DNA of 63,945 bases, filler included, from Squatina squatina (taxonomy: Eukaryota): the NCBI GenBank assembly GCA_031763465.1. It is 4 parts of 4 records of this genome, joined end to end, with 100 filler letters (N's around TTAATTAATTAA, not from the genome) between each part and the next. Parts side by side here need not be neighbours in the genome. Positions count along the whole stretch, not along the records: positions 37,730 to 51,707 come from JARFOE010000100.1; 3 more parts are not named here. One strand, given 5' to 3'. Both the position numbers and the translations under genes were made by a program. The notes under the pieces were generated by a model. The model was not told the DNA's origin. It was given only the letters and a program-made list of their open reading frames with translations, and made no database searches. Positions within the stretch are counted from its first letter, which is position 1, and the number at the start of each line of letters is the position of its first letter. Of the stretch, positions 37,813-51,807 are shown in pieces.

Positions 37813-38447
37813 CTGTCAAAAAATATTGAGAAAATGTGAGTCATAATGTGCAGCACAAAAATGTCTTTATTCTATTCAGTCAAATCGAGCTAGTAGAACT
37901 CTGCTATTATCATTCAGGTCTGACAGTCAGGGTTATTCTATTAAGCAGATTTTTCCAATTGAAAGAAAAACCGAGACAGGAGGTAAAATGAAATGAGAAC
38001 GAGAGGTTTGTAGAAATGCTGCAGCAGAGGAAAAGAAAATCAAAAGATTACCTGGTGCTAGTGCATTTATGGACTAATAAATTATAAAGGACATAAGGTT
38101 ATTTTTACTGGGCTGAATTGCTAACTGTGATCTTTCAAACTAAAAACACCTGTAAACATTAGCTTTTAGTCTAGAATATTAGAAAAATGATGTGGAAAGG
38201 AATGGAAAATCTTCATTGAATTTAGAATCGTAAGATATAACTCTTTTACACTAAGAAGGAGTGGACAATTAGAAGTCCCTCCATTCAGTTTCTTCCATTT
38301 CTTAAGTAAATTTTAGTTTCAAAAAAGCTTTGACAATTTAATGTATTNNNNNNNNNNNNNNNNNNNNNNNNNNNNNNNNNNNNNNNNNNNNNNNNNNNNN
38401 NNNNNNNNNNNNNNNNNNNNNNNNNNNNNNNNNNNNNNNNNNNNNNN

Positions 38448-38779
38448 TTTAATATTAAAATCGTTTTTAAAATGTTTTGTGATGTGTTTGTGTTGTTTTT
38501 CATCTTTCAATGAAGTTTTGACAGCTTGCTTTGGACTGTCAAAACTTCACTGAAAGATATACCTACCTGATTGGCTGGGGCCTCCCATGTGACCTCTCCG
38601 GCCTCTGCAGTTTGCCCTGGAACCAAGACAGCCCCGCTCCGAATCTCCAACTCGGGGGGGAGGGAGGAGGCTGAAGATCACAAACTCCCGTGGATCCAGG
38701 ACCGTTAGGTAAGTTTGTACTTATTTTTGTGATTGGAGGCATCCGCACGCAGGAAGCCGCCAATCACAATTTCAGGCCC
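38448..38779 (-). mobile_element. Hairpin-containing repeat, copy 2
   Basis: Reverse-complement homologue of 22137-22480; ends caatttcaggccc. Confidence 0.7.
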
Positions 38780-39318
38780 AATAACTTTGTTTCCTACCAT
38801 TCCTAAGTGAACCAATGGGCATCAAGTAAAATTTTCAAACCCAGATTCAAAAAGTAGTCTGGTGGTGCAGTATACTGAAGCACCACTGCCCAGCATCACT
38901 AGGTAGATGGCACAACTTCAACCCCCTCCACCCTGCAATGCGGATGCCAACTGCAAAGGGCAATCATCTCTCCAGAGGGAGAGTCATTGCCAGGTCAATG
39001 TTGTGGCCAGGTGAAGGTAGGTGTTGGTGGAGATTTGGGGGAACATCACTTATCCTTCCTCTTGACTGTAAGAGTTATGGGATTTGGTGAGATCTGCATA
39101 AGGGGGAAAAGGAGAGAAAAAGAGAGAGGAACTTCATGCCCTCCTTTAATGTAAAATAATTTAAAGCAAAGATTAGTTCTAGGCTGACTCAACTGAACTG
39201 CTATAGTTAAGACAGTTGTTCATTTTGAACTTGCAGTCAGCACCACACTGGATGTGGGGAAGGCTGTGTGGAAAGAATGGCCAGAATTACGTGCATGCAG
39301 CCTCTGTGACACACTTAC

Positions 39319-39408
39319 CCTGCTCCTATCGTACTCCTTTCTGGAAGCAGCAAACAGTTGAGCATTTGAGATCGCAATTCCACAGAATGGGAGGTACATC
39401 CCCAGCAC
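39319..39408 (-). CDS. PDE11A: PDE11A exon, end of GAF-A and linker helix
   Basis: 90 bp; VLGMYLPFCGIAISNAQLFAASRKEYDRSR. Confidence 0.93.
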
Positions 39409-40044
39409 CTGGACAAAAAAACATTGTACCTAAATGTTCAATGTTTAAAAAGTCTGTTTAGCAAAGGTCCTATTTCAAAGCAGGCAAAATTCTTGAGTGT
39501 GAGTTTTTGGCTACATAGTACAACTGCCTATTTATTAATAGCAGTCATGTCATAGAAAGAACAATTCCAACAACATTGGGCAAATCCTAAAAGTGAGATT
39601 TACAGCCAGCCATATACGGAAGATATTTTGTTGTGTCTAAGTGGCAAGCTGTGAACATCACTCGGAAATCATCTGGAAGAAGTGGCCACACACACAGGAA
39701 GGATGGAATTGGCTATAAATGAAAGCAGCTGGAGCAAAACCTCGCTGAAAAAAGTAANNNNNNNNNNNNNNNNNNNNNNNNNNNNNNNNNNNNNNNNNNN
39801 NNNNNNNNNNNNNNNNNNNNNNNNNNNNNNNNNNNNNNNNNNNNNNNNNNNNNNNNNTCCCCTTTAATAGAGGGGAGGGACATTGTAGCATGTCCATGCT
39901 TTCGCCCAGCTCCGCTTCCTTTGAGGAGTGGTAGGCCCAATACCATGTAGGGGGCGGGACTTCTGGGCCAGGTGATAAAAGCCACACTGCAGAAGGTTAC
40001 CGCCCCCAAACGGGGTGCAGGGCAATTTCGCCTCCTTCATTCTT

Positions 40045-41200
40045 TTCATTAATTTTTGGGATATGGGCGTCACTGGCATGACCAGCATTTATTATCCATC
40101 ACTATTTGCCCTTGAGAAGATGGTAGTAGGCTTTCTTCTTGACCCACTGCAGTCTATTTGGTGAAGATAGTCCCATAATGGTGTTCCGTTGTGAGTTCTA
40201 GGGTTTTGGCCCAGCGATAATGTAGGAACGGCGATGTCAGGCGAAGTCGGGATGGCGTGCGATTTGGAAGAGAACTTGAAGGTGATGGTGTTCACATATA
40301 CTGCCCTTGTCCTTCTAAGTGGTGGAAGTCGTGGGTTTTGGAGGTACTGCCAAAGAAACCTTGGTGACTTGCTGAAGTGCAACCTGTAGATAGTACACAC
40401 TAGAGCCATGGTATGCTGGTGCTGTAGTGAATGGATATATAAGCTGGTGGATATTGTGCCAATCAAGCTGGCTGCTTTGTCCTGGATGGTGTCCCTATCT
40501 ACACCCATCCAGGCAAGTGGAGAGTATTCCATTACACTCCTGACTTGTGCCTTAGAGGTGTGGGAGAGACTTTGGGGAGTCAGGAGGTGAGCCACTCGCC
40601 ACAGAATACCCAGCCTCTGACTTGCCACAGCATTTATGTGGCTGGTCCAGTTGCATTTCTGGCCAATGATGACCTCCAGGATGTTGATGGCGGGATATTC
40701 GGCTAGAGTAATGAAATTGAATGTTAAAGAGGGGTGGTTAGGCTCTCTCTTGTTGGAGATGTTCATTGCCTGGCACTTGGGTGGCATGAATGTTACTTGC
40801 CACTTACCAGCCCACGTTGCAAGTAGGAATGGACAGCTTCATTATCTGAGAAATTATGAATGGAGCTGAACACTGTGCAACCATCAGTGAACAGCCCCAC
40901 TTCTAACCTTATGGTGGAGGGGTCATTGATGAAACAGCTGAAGATAGTTGGCCCTAGGACGCTGCCTTGAGGAACACAACAATCACTACTTCTTCGTTTG
41001 TGCCAGGAATGTCTCCAGCTCCTGGAGAGTTTCCCCCACTGGTCCCCATTAACTTCAGTTTTACTAAGGGTTCTTGGTGCCACATTCGGTTGACTGTCAC
41101 CTTGATGTCCAGGGCAGTCACTCTTTCCTCACCTGTGCAGCTCAGCTCATATCCTTGTTTGGACTAATGCTGTAATGAGGTCTGGAGACACATGAACCCC
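40045..41200 (-). mobile_element. Degenerate non-LTR retrotransposon RT and 3' region (CR1/L2/Jockey group)
   Basis: VPQGSVLGPTIFSCFIND...LFTD and KCQAMNIS...WTSHINAV...KAQVRSVMEYSPLAW; frameshifted. Confidence 0.8.
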
Positions 41201-42850
41201 AGGGACCCAAACTTAACAGAGCTGTTTGAGGAAATTAGAGTGTATGGATAAAAAAAATGCAGTGGATATTGTGTATATAAATCTTACAAAGGACTGGATG
41301 TTATTTGCATACATGACATCATCAATTTCCATTCATGAAATATCACTTTCATCGACTAGAAATAATGATTTTCATTGAGTAATATTAGCCTATTCAAACA
41401 ATGCTATAAATCTCCAAGAAAATTTGTTGCTTTTTAACACTGCCCTCATTCTAAATTATAATTTTCAGAATTACAAATGTAACCAAAGTCATATCACCAA
41501 TTCTTATGATGGTAAAGATATATATATTTTGAAATTGAGAATTTAATGTTGAGATCTTGCATTTCTGTCATTAAAAGATAAAGGCAAATACAATTGCTTC
41601 TTTACTAGGATTAGTGTGACTTATATTAATGTCTGCAATTAAGTTTTGATGTCAGCTATTTCCCTCCTTTTTAACTAAAGCAGAATCCATTAGAATGGGA
41701 GCTAGCTACTGAGGTGAAAATCTGACACTTAATAGCAGTGGCGTTGTTTTCTGCCCACAGCTTCCAGCTTTCTTCTGTGAACATTGGGAAGGAACCTCGT
41801 GATTATGAAACNNNNNNNNNNNNNNNNNNNNNNNNNNNNNNNNNNNNNNNNNNNNNNNNNNNNNNNNNNNNNNNNNNNNNNNNNNNNNNNNNNNNNNNNN
41901 NNNNNNNNNNNNNNNNNNNNNNNACATAAATCACAAACTTTCCAATTGGTAAAAGAGGGATAATGGAAAGAAATAACAATTGGCTGCGGTGAATTCTTTG
42001 GAAGAAAGACCCCACGCGAACCTTGTTGTGCTTTGGTGACTACTTCTTGGAAGCACAGCAGTTTGTCTTGTTGAGGAGGTGTCAGAGTGAAGCTGACATG
42101 TTACAACTCGCACTGCAGGCTGCTTCACTAATAACTTGTCACTTCACAGTATTCAGAGACTTCACTTCACAGCCGCTGGCAGATTTCCCCATAATTACCA
42201 TCAGCCGTGGAGGCCAATTACTTTAATTGCTAAGCAAAATCCAGGACTCAGCCAGGAGCTCAAGAGACATTGCTATACATAAAACAAATGAGTCCTGCAA
42301 TAAAAGACCTTTTCCGTTGAAGATTTACTATTCAACTATTACAGTCACCAAATTCTTAAATGTCATTTTAAAATTTTAAACAACCGGAATAGTGTGATTT
42401 TTCTTGTTCTAATGTGTGTGTTTATATATAAATTTTATGGCAGTGTAATGNNNNNNNNNNNNNNNNNNNNNNNNNNNNNNNNNNNNNNNNNNNNNNNNNN
42501 NNNNNNNNNNNNNNNNNNNNNNNNNNNNNNNNNNNNNNNNNNNNNNNNNNAATTGTACCTCAGCAATGACGCTGTTCCAGGCAATCTCAACGTTTGCGGA
42601 GCTTGCACTACATTGGATGCATGTTTACATTACCATTGTCAAGTTATTTCAACAGCATTGGAATCCATTTTATGCAAAGACTCTCCTCTAAGCATACTGG
42701 ATTTGGTATATAATGTACTTAAATAAAGTGCTTTATTGAAATCATCAAAAATATTAAGGATAATGACTGTGCTTTGTGCTATAAGTTTAGTTTTATTACA
42801 AATATAGCTATTAAAAGATAATCATAATTGAGCAAGATATAAAATCCAAC

Positions 42851-43009
42851 CTTTTCATCATCCTCAGTGAAGGGAGCGCCTCCTGGATTTTTGTTTATAG
42901 CTTGGGCGACACCAATAATCTCACCGTCACTGTTTTGAATCGGCATGCACAACAGGGATTTTGTCTTGTATCCTGTCAGCTTATCAATGTCATCTCTGAA
43001 GCGACGATC
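42851..43009 (-). CDS. PDE11A: PDE11A exon, GAF-A with the NKFDE motif
   Basis: 159 bp; [53 protein letters not shown]. Confidence 0.94.
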
Positions 43010-43344
43010 CTATGCAAGGAAACACAACAGGTTGGTTACCAAGTTCCAGTTTCAGTGGTGTACAGATTAGCCAGCAATTATTTAGTTGAAAAACATCTAA
43101 ACAGATTAGATAAGAATCACATAAATGCAATGAACACATAAGTGTCTTGCCAATTGAAAAAGGATGCATCTCTGTTCATTGAACATCATAAATTCTAGAA
43201 TAATTTTGGATTATCAGTCAAAGAAATCCAACTGATTGAAATATTCTTATAGCCCAGTGCTTATTTAAGTATCAGAAATTTCAGTTATTCTCAGATATTG
43301 CAAACAAATGATTTGAATTCTTGTACATTCTGTGGAAGGGGAGA

Positions 43345-44290
43345 GAGTGCCCCTGCTGGATTAGTAGGTAAATGCATTGTGTGGCAAAGTACAGTACTGA
43401 ACCATGCAGGCTAGGAAGGTAGCAGCTTTAACCCCTGGTCTGTGTTGAGGTAGCTTAATTTAGCTGGGGTACAGTAGGGGCACTATAATTCCCTTAAGTG
43501 CTCCTGGGCTAGAAAGCAGTTCCTAACCCTGATTGGTGCAGAACCATAGAAGTTTATAACACAGAAGGAGGCCATTTGGCTCAAAGTATTTGTGATGCCT
43601 CTTTGCTTGAGCAATCCAAAACTAAACCATGCCCCCACTCTCACCAGAGCCCTTTATCTTCTTCTCCTTCAAATATTTATTAACTTTTGCCTGATACGAT
43701 ACAGTGGTCTCTTCCTCAACCATTTCCTGTGGCAAAGCATTCTATGTTCCCATATGAAGACATTTCTCCTAATCTCATTTCTAACTCTCGTGGTGATCAT
43801 TTTAAGTTAGTGAGCTCTTGTTACTGATTCCTCAATCAGACAAAATAGTCTTTGCCTATTCGCTATTAAAATCCACATAACTTTAAAAATCTTTATTAAA
43901 TCTCCTCACAGCCTTCTCTGCTTCAATAAAAAATAGTTCCAGTATCGCAAGGCTCTTCTTGTAACTATAGCTTCTCATCCCTGGCATCATCTTGGTGTTC
44001 ATTTTATAATGCAATGCCCAAATTATGCATAGTACTCTTAACTCTTGCCATACACAAATTTCTCATTACCTCTTTACTCTTGTAGAGTTTCCTGGATAGC
44101 AATCAGGAGCATGAATCTATCTCTTTTTTTTGTCTTTAAAACCCATGAGTGCTGATGCCGATTGTGGCTCCCTAATTGTCCCCTTGGCTTAGATCAGCTA
44201 ACTCAATACAGATTAGACATCATAACCTAGAATATTCCTGGTATATATACTGCTAATCGGATAAACTCATTGAACTATCAAGTGAGTGTA
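43345..44290. mobile_element. Two convergent old tRNA-type SINE copies (about 43345-43540 plus, about 44085-44290 minus) flanking a CR1 3' fragment (minus)
   Basis: tctgtgttgaggtagct...ggcactataatt motif and its degenerate reverse complement; catagaa...acagaaggaggccatt is a reversed CR1 tail. Confidence 0.55.
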
Positions 44291-44387
44291 GAGTGAAATT
44301 GAATATACTTTATTGATATTTTGACTCTGGCTTCCTGAGTTTTACATTTTTCATGAAATGGAAAATGTTGGACAGTTGAGTAGTTAA

Positions 44388-44657
<270 letters not shown>

Positions 44658-47600
44658 TGATGGAAAACTTGCAACAATTTAAAGAGGTCAAATTTATTAA
44701 CTGTCAACTCACTAGTATAGTGATTTGTTACTAAAACTAAAGGCTAACTTATAGTTTTTAATATCATTGAAGTGGTAGGTTAGGTAAGAAAACACTTAAG
44801 AAGAGGACNNNNNNNNNNNNNNNNNNNNNNNNNNNNNNNNNNNNNNNNNNNNNNNNNNNNNNNNNNNNNNNNNNNNNNNNNNNNNNNNNNNNNNNNNNNN
44901 NNNNNNNNTCTACTCCATTGTATTTCTGGAATATGTAAATATGACGGTGAACATTACAGCTGCTTTCCTGCATTGCCATGAGAGACGGGGAAGAACGGGT
45001 ACAGCAGCTCTCCATTCTGATGCCGCCGGTAGCACCAGTCTCTCAAAAAAGAATATTACTTGGATCAGCCACTATTTGCTCTGCAGAGAATTAATGCGCT
45101 GTTTAGTCATATACACCAGTCTTTCAGCATTGGTACAGAACGTACCTGCAATCCCAAAGGCAGCAAGACATTTACTTACCTGCACAGTTCTAAGTTTTCA
45201 GTGAATAATCGATTGTGTCCATATTGTTGTTCGGGCACAGCACTTAAGGTGCCTGGGTCATTATGGCAGCGACTTCATGTATGGCCCAGAAAAGCTGGCC
45301 ACAATACTGAAAGTGTGCTGCATGCTGAATAGCTTTGGCATCGATAGAGCTTGCAGTTCAGCCATGATCAGCAAGCACCAAAACAACAACATCTTTCCCT
45401 TCAAGAAGAAAAAGTACTGGTAGGAGAAGAACATTGGACAACTTCTTCATCTGAGCTGATGCACTGGTACATTTGTCTTAAGGCAGCATAATGAATCCCT
45501 TCCTATCTACTTACCCACTGTTGTCCTACATCTCATCAGTATGTCATCAATATGAGCACATGCTGATATCCTTTGGCATTTACAAACTAAACATAGCCAG
45601 TATGTTGTTTTAATTTGTGGTACAGTAACATGCGTTGCTATGAGGTCATTGTGTGTGTCCTAAGTACCTCTGCACAGAGCTGTGATACCTGAAAGGTTAT
45701 ATCTACGTGAAAAGATTTACATGCAACAAGTGAAATGGTGAGATTCATTTAATGAGCATGTGTTTTTGTGTGCAGTCATGCACCTATGGCTCCTCAAAAC
45801 ATTGGTTCTTAATTTACCTCTACCTGCTCTGTTCCTCAGGATGTATCGAGGGTTGGTGACTATGAAGTGTCTGGGAAAGCAGAAGGCCCTCTGCCTCTAG
45901 CAACTGAGCTTCCTAAGATGTTGTTGCCTTACAGTCCAAGGGGTCAGAGATATGTTTCATTGACAATCTCATTCCGTTTACACAGGACTTCTGCCAACCT
46001 GATAGCCAACTAGCAAACTCTGAGTCCTACCTCTCCTCATACTGTAGGCTGCATTTCCTCATGAAGGCACGCATCCATTGGAACACAAAACACTGCAGCT
46101 GTTGGAGCTGCTGCATTCCTTCCTAGAGGGTGGTTTGCAGGTTTGCCCCGAATGAGTTAAAATTGCATTTTCACACTCAAGGCTTTCATAGCTGCACTTA
46201 ATAAGACAGTTACAGCATGTGCCACAGTACCTCGCACATGCTGCACTTCAGACCTCAGACTCACTCAGAGCATCTGGACTTTGCTGCACAGATGGAGTCA
46301 AGTGAAGTGGATGCCATGCATGTGGTCCAACACCTTCTACTCAAAGGGGTCTGTTAAGAGACCTACTTCCTCACACTTGTTTGGAGAAGATTTGGAATGG
46401 CTGGGACCTTTGCTCAACACCTCTGCTGACAGCCATTCTGTNNNNNNNNNNNNNNNNNNNNNNNNNNNNNNNNNNNNNNNNNNNNNNNNNNNNNNNNNNN
46501 NNNNNNNNNNNNNNNNNNNNNNNNNNNNNNNNNNNNNNNNNNNNNNNNNNNNNNNNNNNNNNNNNNNNNNNNNNNNNNNNNNNNNNNNNNNNNNNNNNNN
46601 NNNNNNNNNNACCTGTGGAAAGAGCACATGGGAAAGCAGAGAACATGTTAATATTACTATGCAATCATGAAAAGCGTATTTAAATGACTGTTCTTCTTTA
46701 CTGCCTGAATGCTGTGATGGTTAGCACATGTACACTGAACTCACCACATGTTATGTACAGAGGCATGCAAGTACCTTTGTAGGGTTGTGGGTCGCCCATT
46801 TAGGTGAGATATTCATTTCTAAAAGGGGTTTGCCGAGGATCTCAACTAGGCAAGTCTCTGGGACAGTAGGATATTCTCCTTGAACTGTCCTCTCCACTGT
46901 TCTGGTACTATAATTCAGTTTGACCAAGAAGAAGCAAAATATTCCCTTAACAAATGGCACAGATATACTGAACAGATGTAGCAATTTTATCTGCATGGAT
47001 GAGTCAAGGGTAGGACGCTCGAATCCAAGCCTTGCTNNNNNNNNNNGCATATTAATTAATTCACACTATTTCAAATGCAGAAGGTGAATGATGGTGAGTG
47101 TACATATATCTCACCCCTATTTTACTTTCCTTTCCATTTTCAGAGTTAATTGTCATGCTTTCCTTACAAAGATGAATTTACAGTAACAGCCAGGTTAAGT
47201 GTACCCATATTTGTGGATCTGCCCTAATTCTTGCCAATAACACATTAATTGTAATGATCACATCATATTTACATCATATTTTAATGGCAAAAAGATATTT
47301 CCAGTACAAGAAGCTTGCCATAGATGGCTTCAGAATCTATGGCTGTCACCTGATCCTTTGTTTATGTATTAATGTGTTAACGTTGGCTTACCTTTGTAAT
47401 ATTGTGCAAGTTACTGGAACTTGTTCCTGCCTCATCCATGGTCTGTGGACACCATCTTCACCTTGTCAGCAACTTCCTGCCAGGCACATTGTTCTTGGTA
47501 CTGTCAGGACCCGCTGAGCTGAAAAGTGTCTCTCTTCTCTCCAGGTTAATACCTGTAAGTTCGGGCAGAGACCTGCAAGCTTTCTCTTGTGAGCTGCTGA

Positions 47601-48351
47601 GACATAGTAGTCAGGAATTGCGCTCTCTGCGGCTGCTTTAATATCACTAGGTGTTAGCTATGATAGTTAAGTAACAATGAATTCAGAAACAAGGGTTCTG
47701 AACTTAAAAGAAAGGTAACTTTGATGATATGAGACGTGAATTGGCTAGGATAGACTGGCGAGTGATACTGAAAGGGTTGACGGNNNNNNNNNNNNNNNNN
47801 NNNNNNNNNNNNNNNNNNNNNNNNNNNNNNNNNNNNNNNNNNNNNNNNNNNNNNNNNNNNNNNNNNNNNNNNNNNNNNNNNNNCCTACCTCTCCCACGCA
47901 GCAGCCCTCACCTCGTTTTAGCTGCCAGTTTTCCTGAGGGCCAGGAAACCGGCCAGCCCAGCTTACATTTAAAATGGAGATAAAATCTGAGGCACGCTGC
48001 CTCATTAAAATATTTAAATGACCTACCCGCCACCTGGGAGTGAGTTGGTTTCCCCTAATCCCGCTTCAATTACAATCGGAAGTGGGTGGGTTCAAGGTGG
48101 ATTGGGCTTGGGTTTGAGATTTGAAAATGCTTACATCCCACCCTTTTTGGGGTTAAAATTCCCCTCACTGAGACCCTTACTCTTTGGACTTTGGTGGTGT
48201 TCTGCACAATGGGGCTTTGCCACTCACATAGAGTTTTCAATGTTAAAAAATAATCAGCTTCAGTTAATTCATTATAGCATCCAAAAAAACTAATGGGAGA
48301 ACAAAACTATAGGTCCATTTTAGAATAGGTGGTAGTAAAACAAGAAAAAAA

Positions 48352-48758
48352 GGCTTTCATTTATACAGGGCCTTTCATGATCACCAGACAATCCAAAGCG
48401 CTTTATAGCCAATGAAGTACTTTTTTTGAAGTGTAGTTAATGTTGTAATGTAGGAAACACGGCAGCCAACTTATAGCTGCAGCACTGTGACAATGACTAG
48501 GTATTCTGTTTTTTTTGTGATATTGGTTAAGGGAATAAATATTGGCCAGGGTACCCCTGCTCTTCTGTCAAAATAATGCCATGGGATCTTTTATGTCCAT
48601 CTGAGAGGGCAGATAGGGTCTCAATTTAACATCTCATCTGAAAAACAGCGCCTCCAACAGTGCAGCACTCCCTCAGCTGGAGTGCCAGCCTAGATTTTTG
48701 TGTTAAAGTCTCTGGAGTGGGACCTGAACCCACAAGAGTGCTATGCACTGAGCCACGC
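48352..48758 (-). mobile_element. Deu-SINE, near full length
   Basis: Reverse complement of the 15109-15570 family. Confidence 0.85.
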
Positions 48759-48857
48759 CTCACACTGGGCAGCAAAAGGGTCACAAAACAAGCCACCCTA
48801 GCCCGTTGAGTGAAAAAGTGAAAATACTCGGGAATGCAAACGAAATGTAATGTTTAC

Positions 48858-49336
48858 CTGATAGGCATCGGGCATGTTGACTGTCTCCCCATGTTCAGCC
48901 ACATACCCAATGATTCCTTTCCCCCAAGGCACTTGCACCTCGTTGGAGTTCTCAATGCTGGAGGAAGGCACCACCGTGGTCCCAGAGTGAACGTCGAAGA
49001 ACTTTGAGACCAGCTTCTTTTTCTGGGGAGGCCCCTCCACCAGAAACAGGGAGCAGCGATCTGCACCCACCATGATGCACACGTTGATGAGGATCTTGTA
49101 GCTCAGGCTGGTGGGGTCCAGGTCATTGGAAATGTCTTTGACGAGTTCCAGGAAGAACTCTCTCTCGTTGGTATCCCGGAGTTCATATTTATAGTCGATT
49201 GCCGTCGACGCATACTGGGGGATGTTGACCCGAGATTCCAGTAAGGCGCTCAAGATGTGAGCTGTGGTGGGAGGCAGCGAGCTGGCTTTCCTGAGGAGAG
49301 CTCGCCTCCTCATGCTGGAGAGTGGCTCCTTGTCTC
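48858..49336 (-). CDS. PDE11A: PDE11A long first coding exon (PDE11A4 type), 5' part lost in a gap
   Basis: LRKASSLPPTTAHILSALLESRVNIPQY...FLELVKDISNDLD...ADRCSLFLVEG...KFFDV...VPWGKGIIGYVAEHGETVNMPDAYQ; donor gtaaac. Confidence 0.95.
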
Positions 49337-51253
49337 NNNNNNNNNNNNNNNNNNNNNNNNNNNNNNNNNNNNNNNNNNNNNNNNNNNNNNNNNNNNNNNN
49401 NNNNNNNNNNNNNNNNNNNNNNNNNNNNNNNNNNNNTGATGAGTGATCCCAAAGATGGGGATCGAAAACGGTACCATGGGGATTGGGGGTGGGGGGATTA
49501 GGAGCGGCAGGCTGGCAGGCAGAGGTTGTTACCTGACGGGGGCAAGGAAGTATAAGAAAGGTGGAGGGTTTTGTTTTCAATAAGAACTTGTAATATGTTC
49601 TCTTCAGACCATTTGCCTCAAGATCCTAAGGTACTGAAGATCTGCTGGAAATTACATCCCAAAATGAGCACAGAAACTTAAATTCAAGTAACAACCTAGC
49701 ACAATGTCAGAAAAACCCACACCCAAAATAAACAGGTTCACTTGATTTTCTACATGAGACCATCAGACCTCCAAATCCTTTCCCAGAAATAGAGGTAAAA
49801 TCTCAACTTCAATGTTACAAAAACACACATTAACAAGTCTGTTTTATGGAGGGAGCACATAAGATATGGAGGCTATAGAACTTTGCTCAGTTACAGGAGA
49901 TTTTGCTACATGACTCAGCAATTTTGGAACAGGATTATCTTTGAGACCAATGAGGTCTGAAGAGTTCAAAGTCTCCTGTCTGCAAGTGCTCACTGATGCA
50001 AGTTGCATATTTATAAAATGATTTGTGCACTACACAACATTTCTGTTGTTCACATCAAAGCTGTCGATTGAGATACTTTACATTGTTGAACATTATTCCC
50101 ACTGCTTGTTGCAACATGCGGTTTGACACTAAATTAACTAGGGCACTTAATGGATTTGATCTTGTGGCTGAGATGTCCCAATGCAGCTATTCTAGAAAAC
50201 TGCCCCCAAAAAATTACCCTTGGCAGGGGCAGCCTGAAACATACTGCTGGCATTTTTTTGCTAAAGCAGCTGTTCTCTGGATAGCAGTGTACTCACTTGC
50301 AGGTCTCAGTAAAAATGCCTGGCTTTTCCCTGCTTCGTTCAGTCTGCATTTTGTACATTTGCAGTGTCATTTGCTCTGAACCCACGCTTATACAGCTCAA
50401 CACTCCTAGCTAACTGACAGAGAGCATGTTCATTGCCTCCAACCCAGACACACTGACTGCGCTACGCAAGAGCTCAAAGCCAATCAAATTAAACTCTCTC
50501 CTTCACTCCCCCTCCCTGCGGCTCCAGCTTGCTGCTGCTCCTCCACCAATCACAGGCCCAGCTGAACTTGATCTCGTGCTTTGGCCATTGGGCATTGCAC
50601 CCCTCCCGGCTCCAGCTCACTGCTGTGTGCAAACTCTGAATTTCAGCGACCTTACAGATTGTCATGTGGTCGTGCACCTGAGAGAGATCATTGGCTAGAA
50701 ATTAGATATCAACTAGGTAACTTATCCTGGTTATTATTTGCTGTTCATAATTGGTGTCAAATAGTGTATAGAATAAGTGTCTTTAAATGTTTGATCACAT
50801 GCTAACATCATCAAATTGAAAGCCTGTTTTACCTGTAGATGGCAAAGTTGTACAGGTTTTGACTATACACCAAACTAGGAAAATATTAGTGTAACACAGA
50901 AAATATGTTGAAATATCAAAGATTTTCTATTTCATTTTAAAAACTTAATTTACTATTGCAACTGCAATTCTGCAGGTATTTCATTGAACTATATTTCATA
51001 GGTAAAAATTAAAGTCATGCCTGTAAAATGTTGCTGTGATGACTTAAGGACTCTGAGTTACAAAGAGTTACACATCTGTAATTTAAACTGATCACCTTTT
51101 GTAATGAGGATTTCCTTTTAAGGTGGTGAAGAACATGTCAATTAGTCTGGTACATGTATGAAAGAACTGCCAAAACTCTTAAAAGGGAGGATAACCTCTT
51201 AACAGGGAAACATTGAGTACTGATGTTTACAAGCAATTAATTTTTTATTTTAG

Positions 51254-51389
51254 GATATGCTCTTGTTCGGTACAACAATGTGGCATCAGCAGTATATGCC
51301 AAAGAAAAGCTCCATGGATTTGAGTATCCACCTGGTAATCGACTGGGAGTCAATTACTTTCAAGATGACCCTGGTGACAGGCGATCAAA
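51254..51389 (+). CDS. RBM45: RBM45 internal exon (homo-oligomer assembly/RRM-like region)
   Basis: 136 bp; [38 protein letters not shown] resembles RBM45 [25 protein letters not shown]. Confidence 0.85.
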
Positions 51390-51484
51390 GTAGGTTTATT
51401 TCAGACTTGTTTTTGACTGATTTTCACAAATGAGTACTAGTGGTGGTAAACATGACTTTCATCATCGTTTTCTTACTCTTTTAG

Positions 51485-51581
51485 CCCAGTTGGAATGATG
51501 GCTTTACAACTTGTGGCGGCTCAAATGATGTCACTGGCCTGTAATAGTCCTGTTGGCCAGCAGATAGTTCCAACTTCACCT
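51485..51581 (+). CDS. RBM45: RBM45 internal exon
   Basis: 97 bp after a 95-bp GT-AG intron, in frame; PVGMMALQLVAAQMMSLACNSP resembles MATQMVAAQLASMVWNNP. Confidence 0.8.
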
Positions 51582-51707
51582 GTGAGTACTAAATGATAGA
51601 TTTTGTGTTTTCTTTCTGCTTTCAAAGATGGTTGAACCAAATGTTTTTTTTGGATTTTAGGATTTTTTTTTAATTCACTGGCACAGCTATTCAGCACTTG
51701 TAAACAG

Positions 51708-51807
51708 NNNNNNNNNNNNNNNNNNNNNNNNNNNNNNNNNNNNNNNNNNNNTTAATTAATTAANNNNNNNNNNNNNNNNNNNNNNNNNNNNNNNNNNNNN
51801 NNNNNNN
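51708..51807. other. Synthetic scaffold linker N44-TTAATTAATTAA-N44
   Basis: Third identical linker; separates PDE11A/RBM45 from FOXK2. Confidence 0.95.

Noticed and set aside
40092-40787. 231-aa ORF as a novel host gene
   Set aside because: It is a degenerate LINE RT C-terminus, and the adjoining RT core is frameshifted
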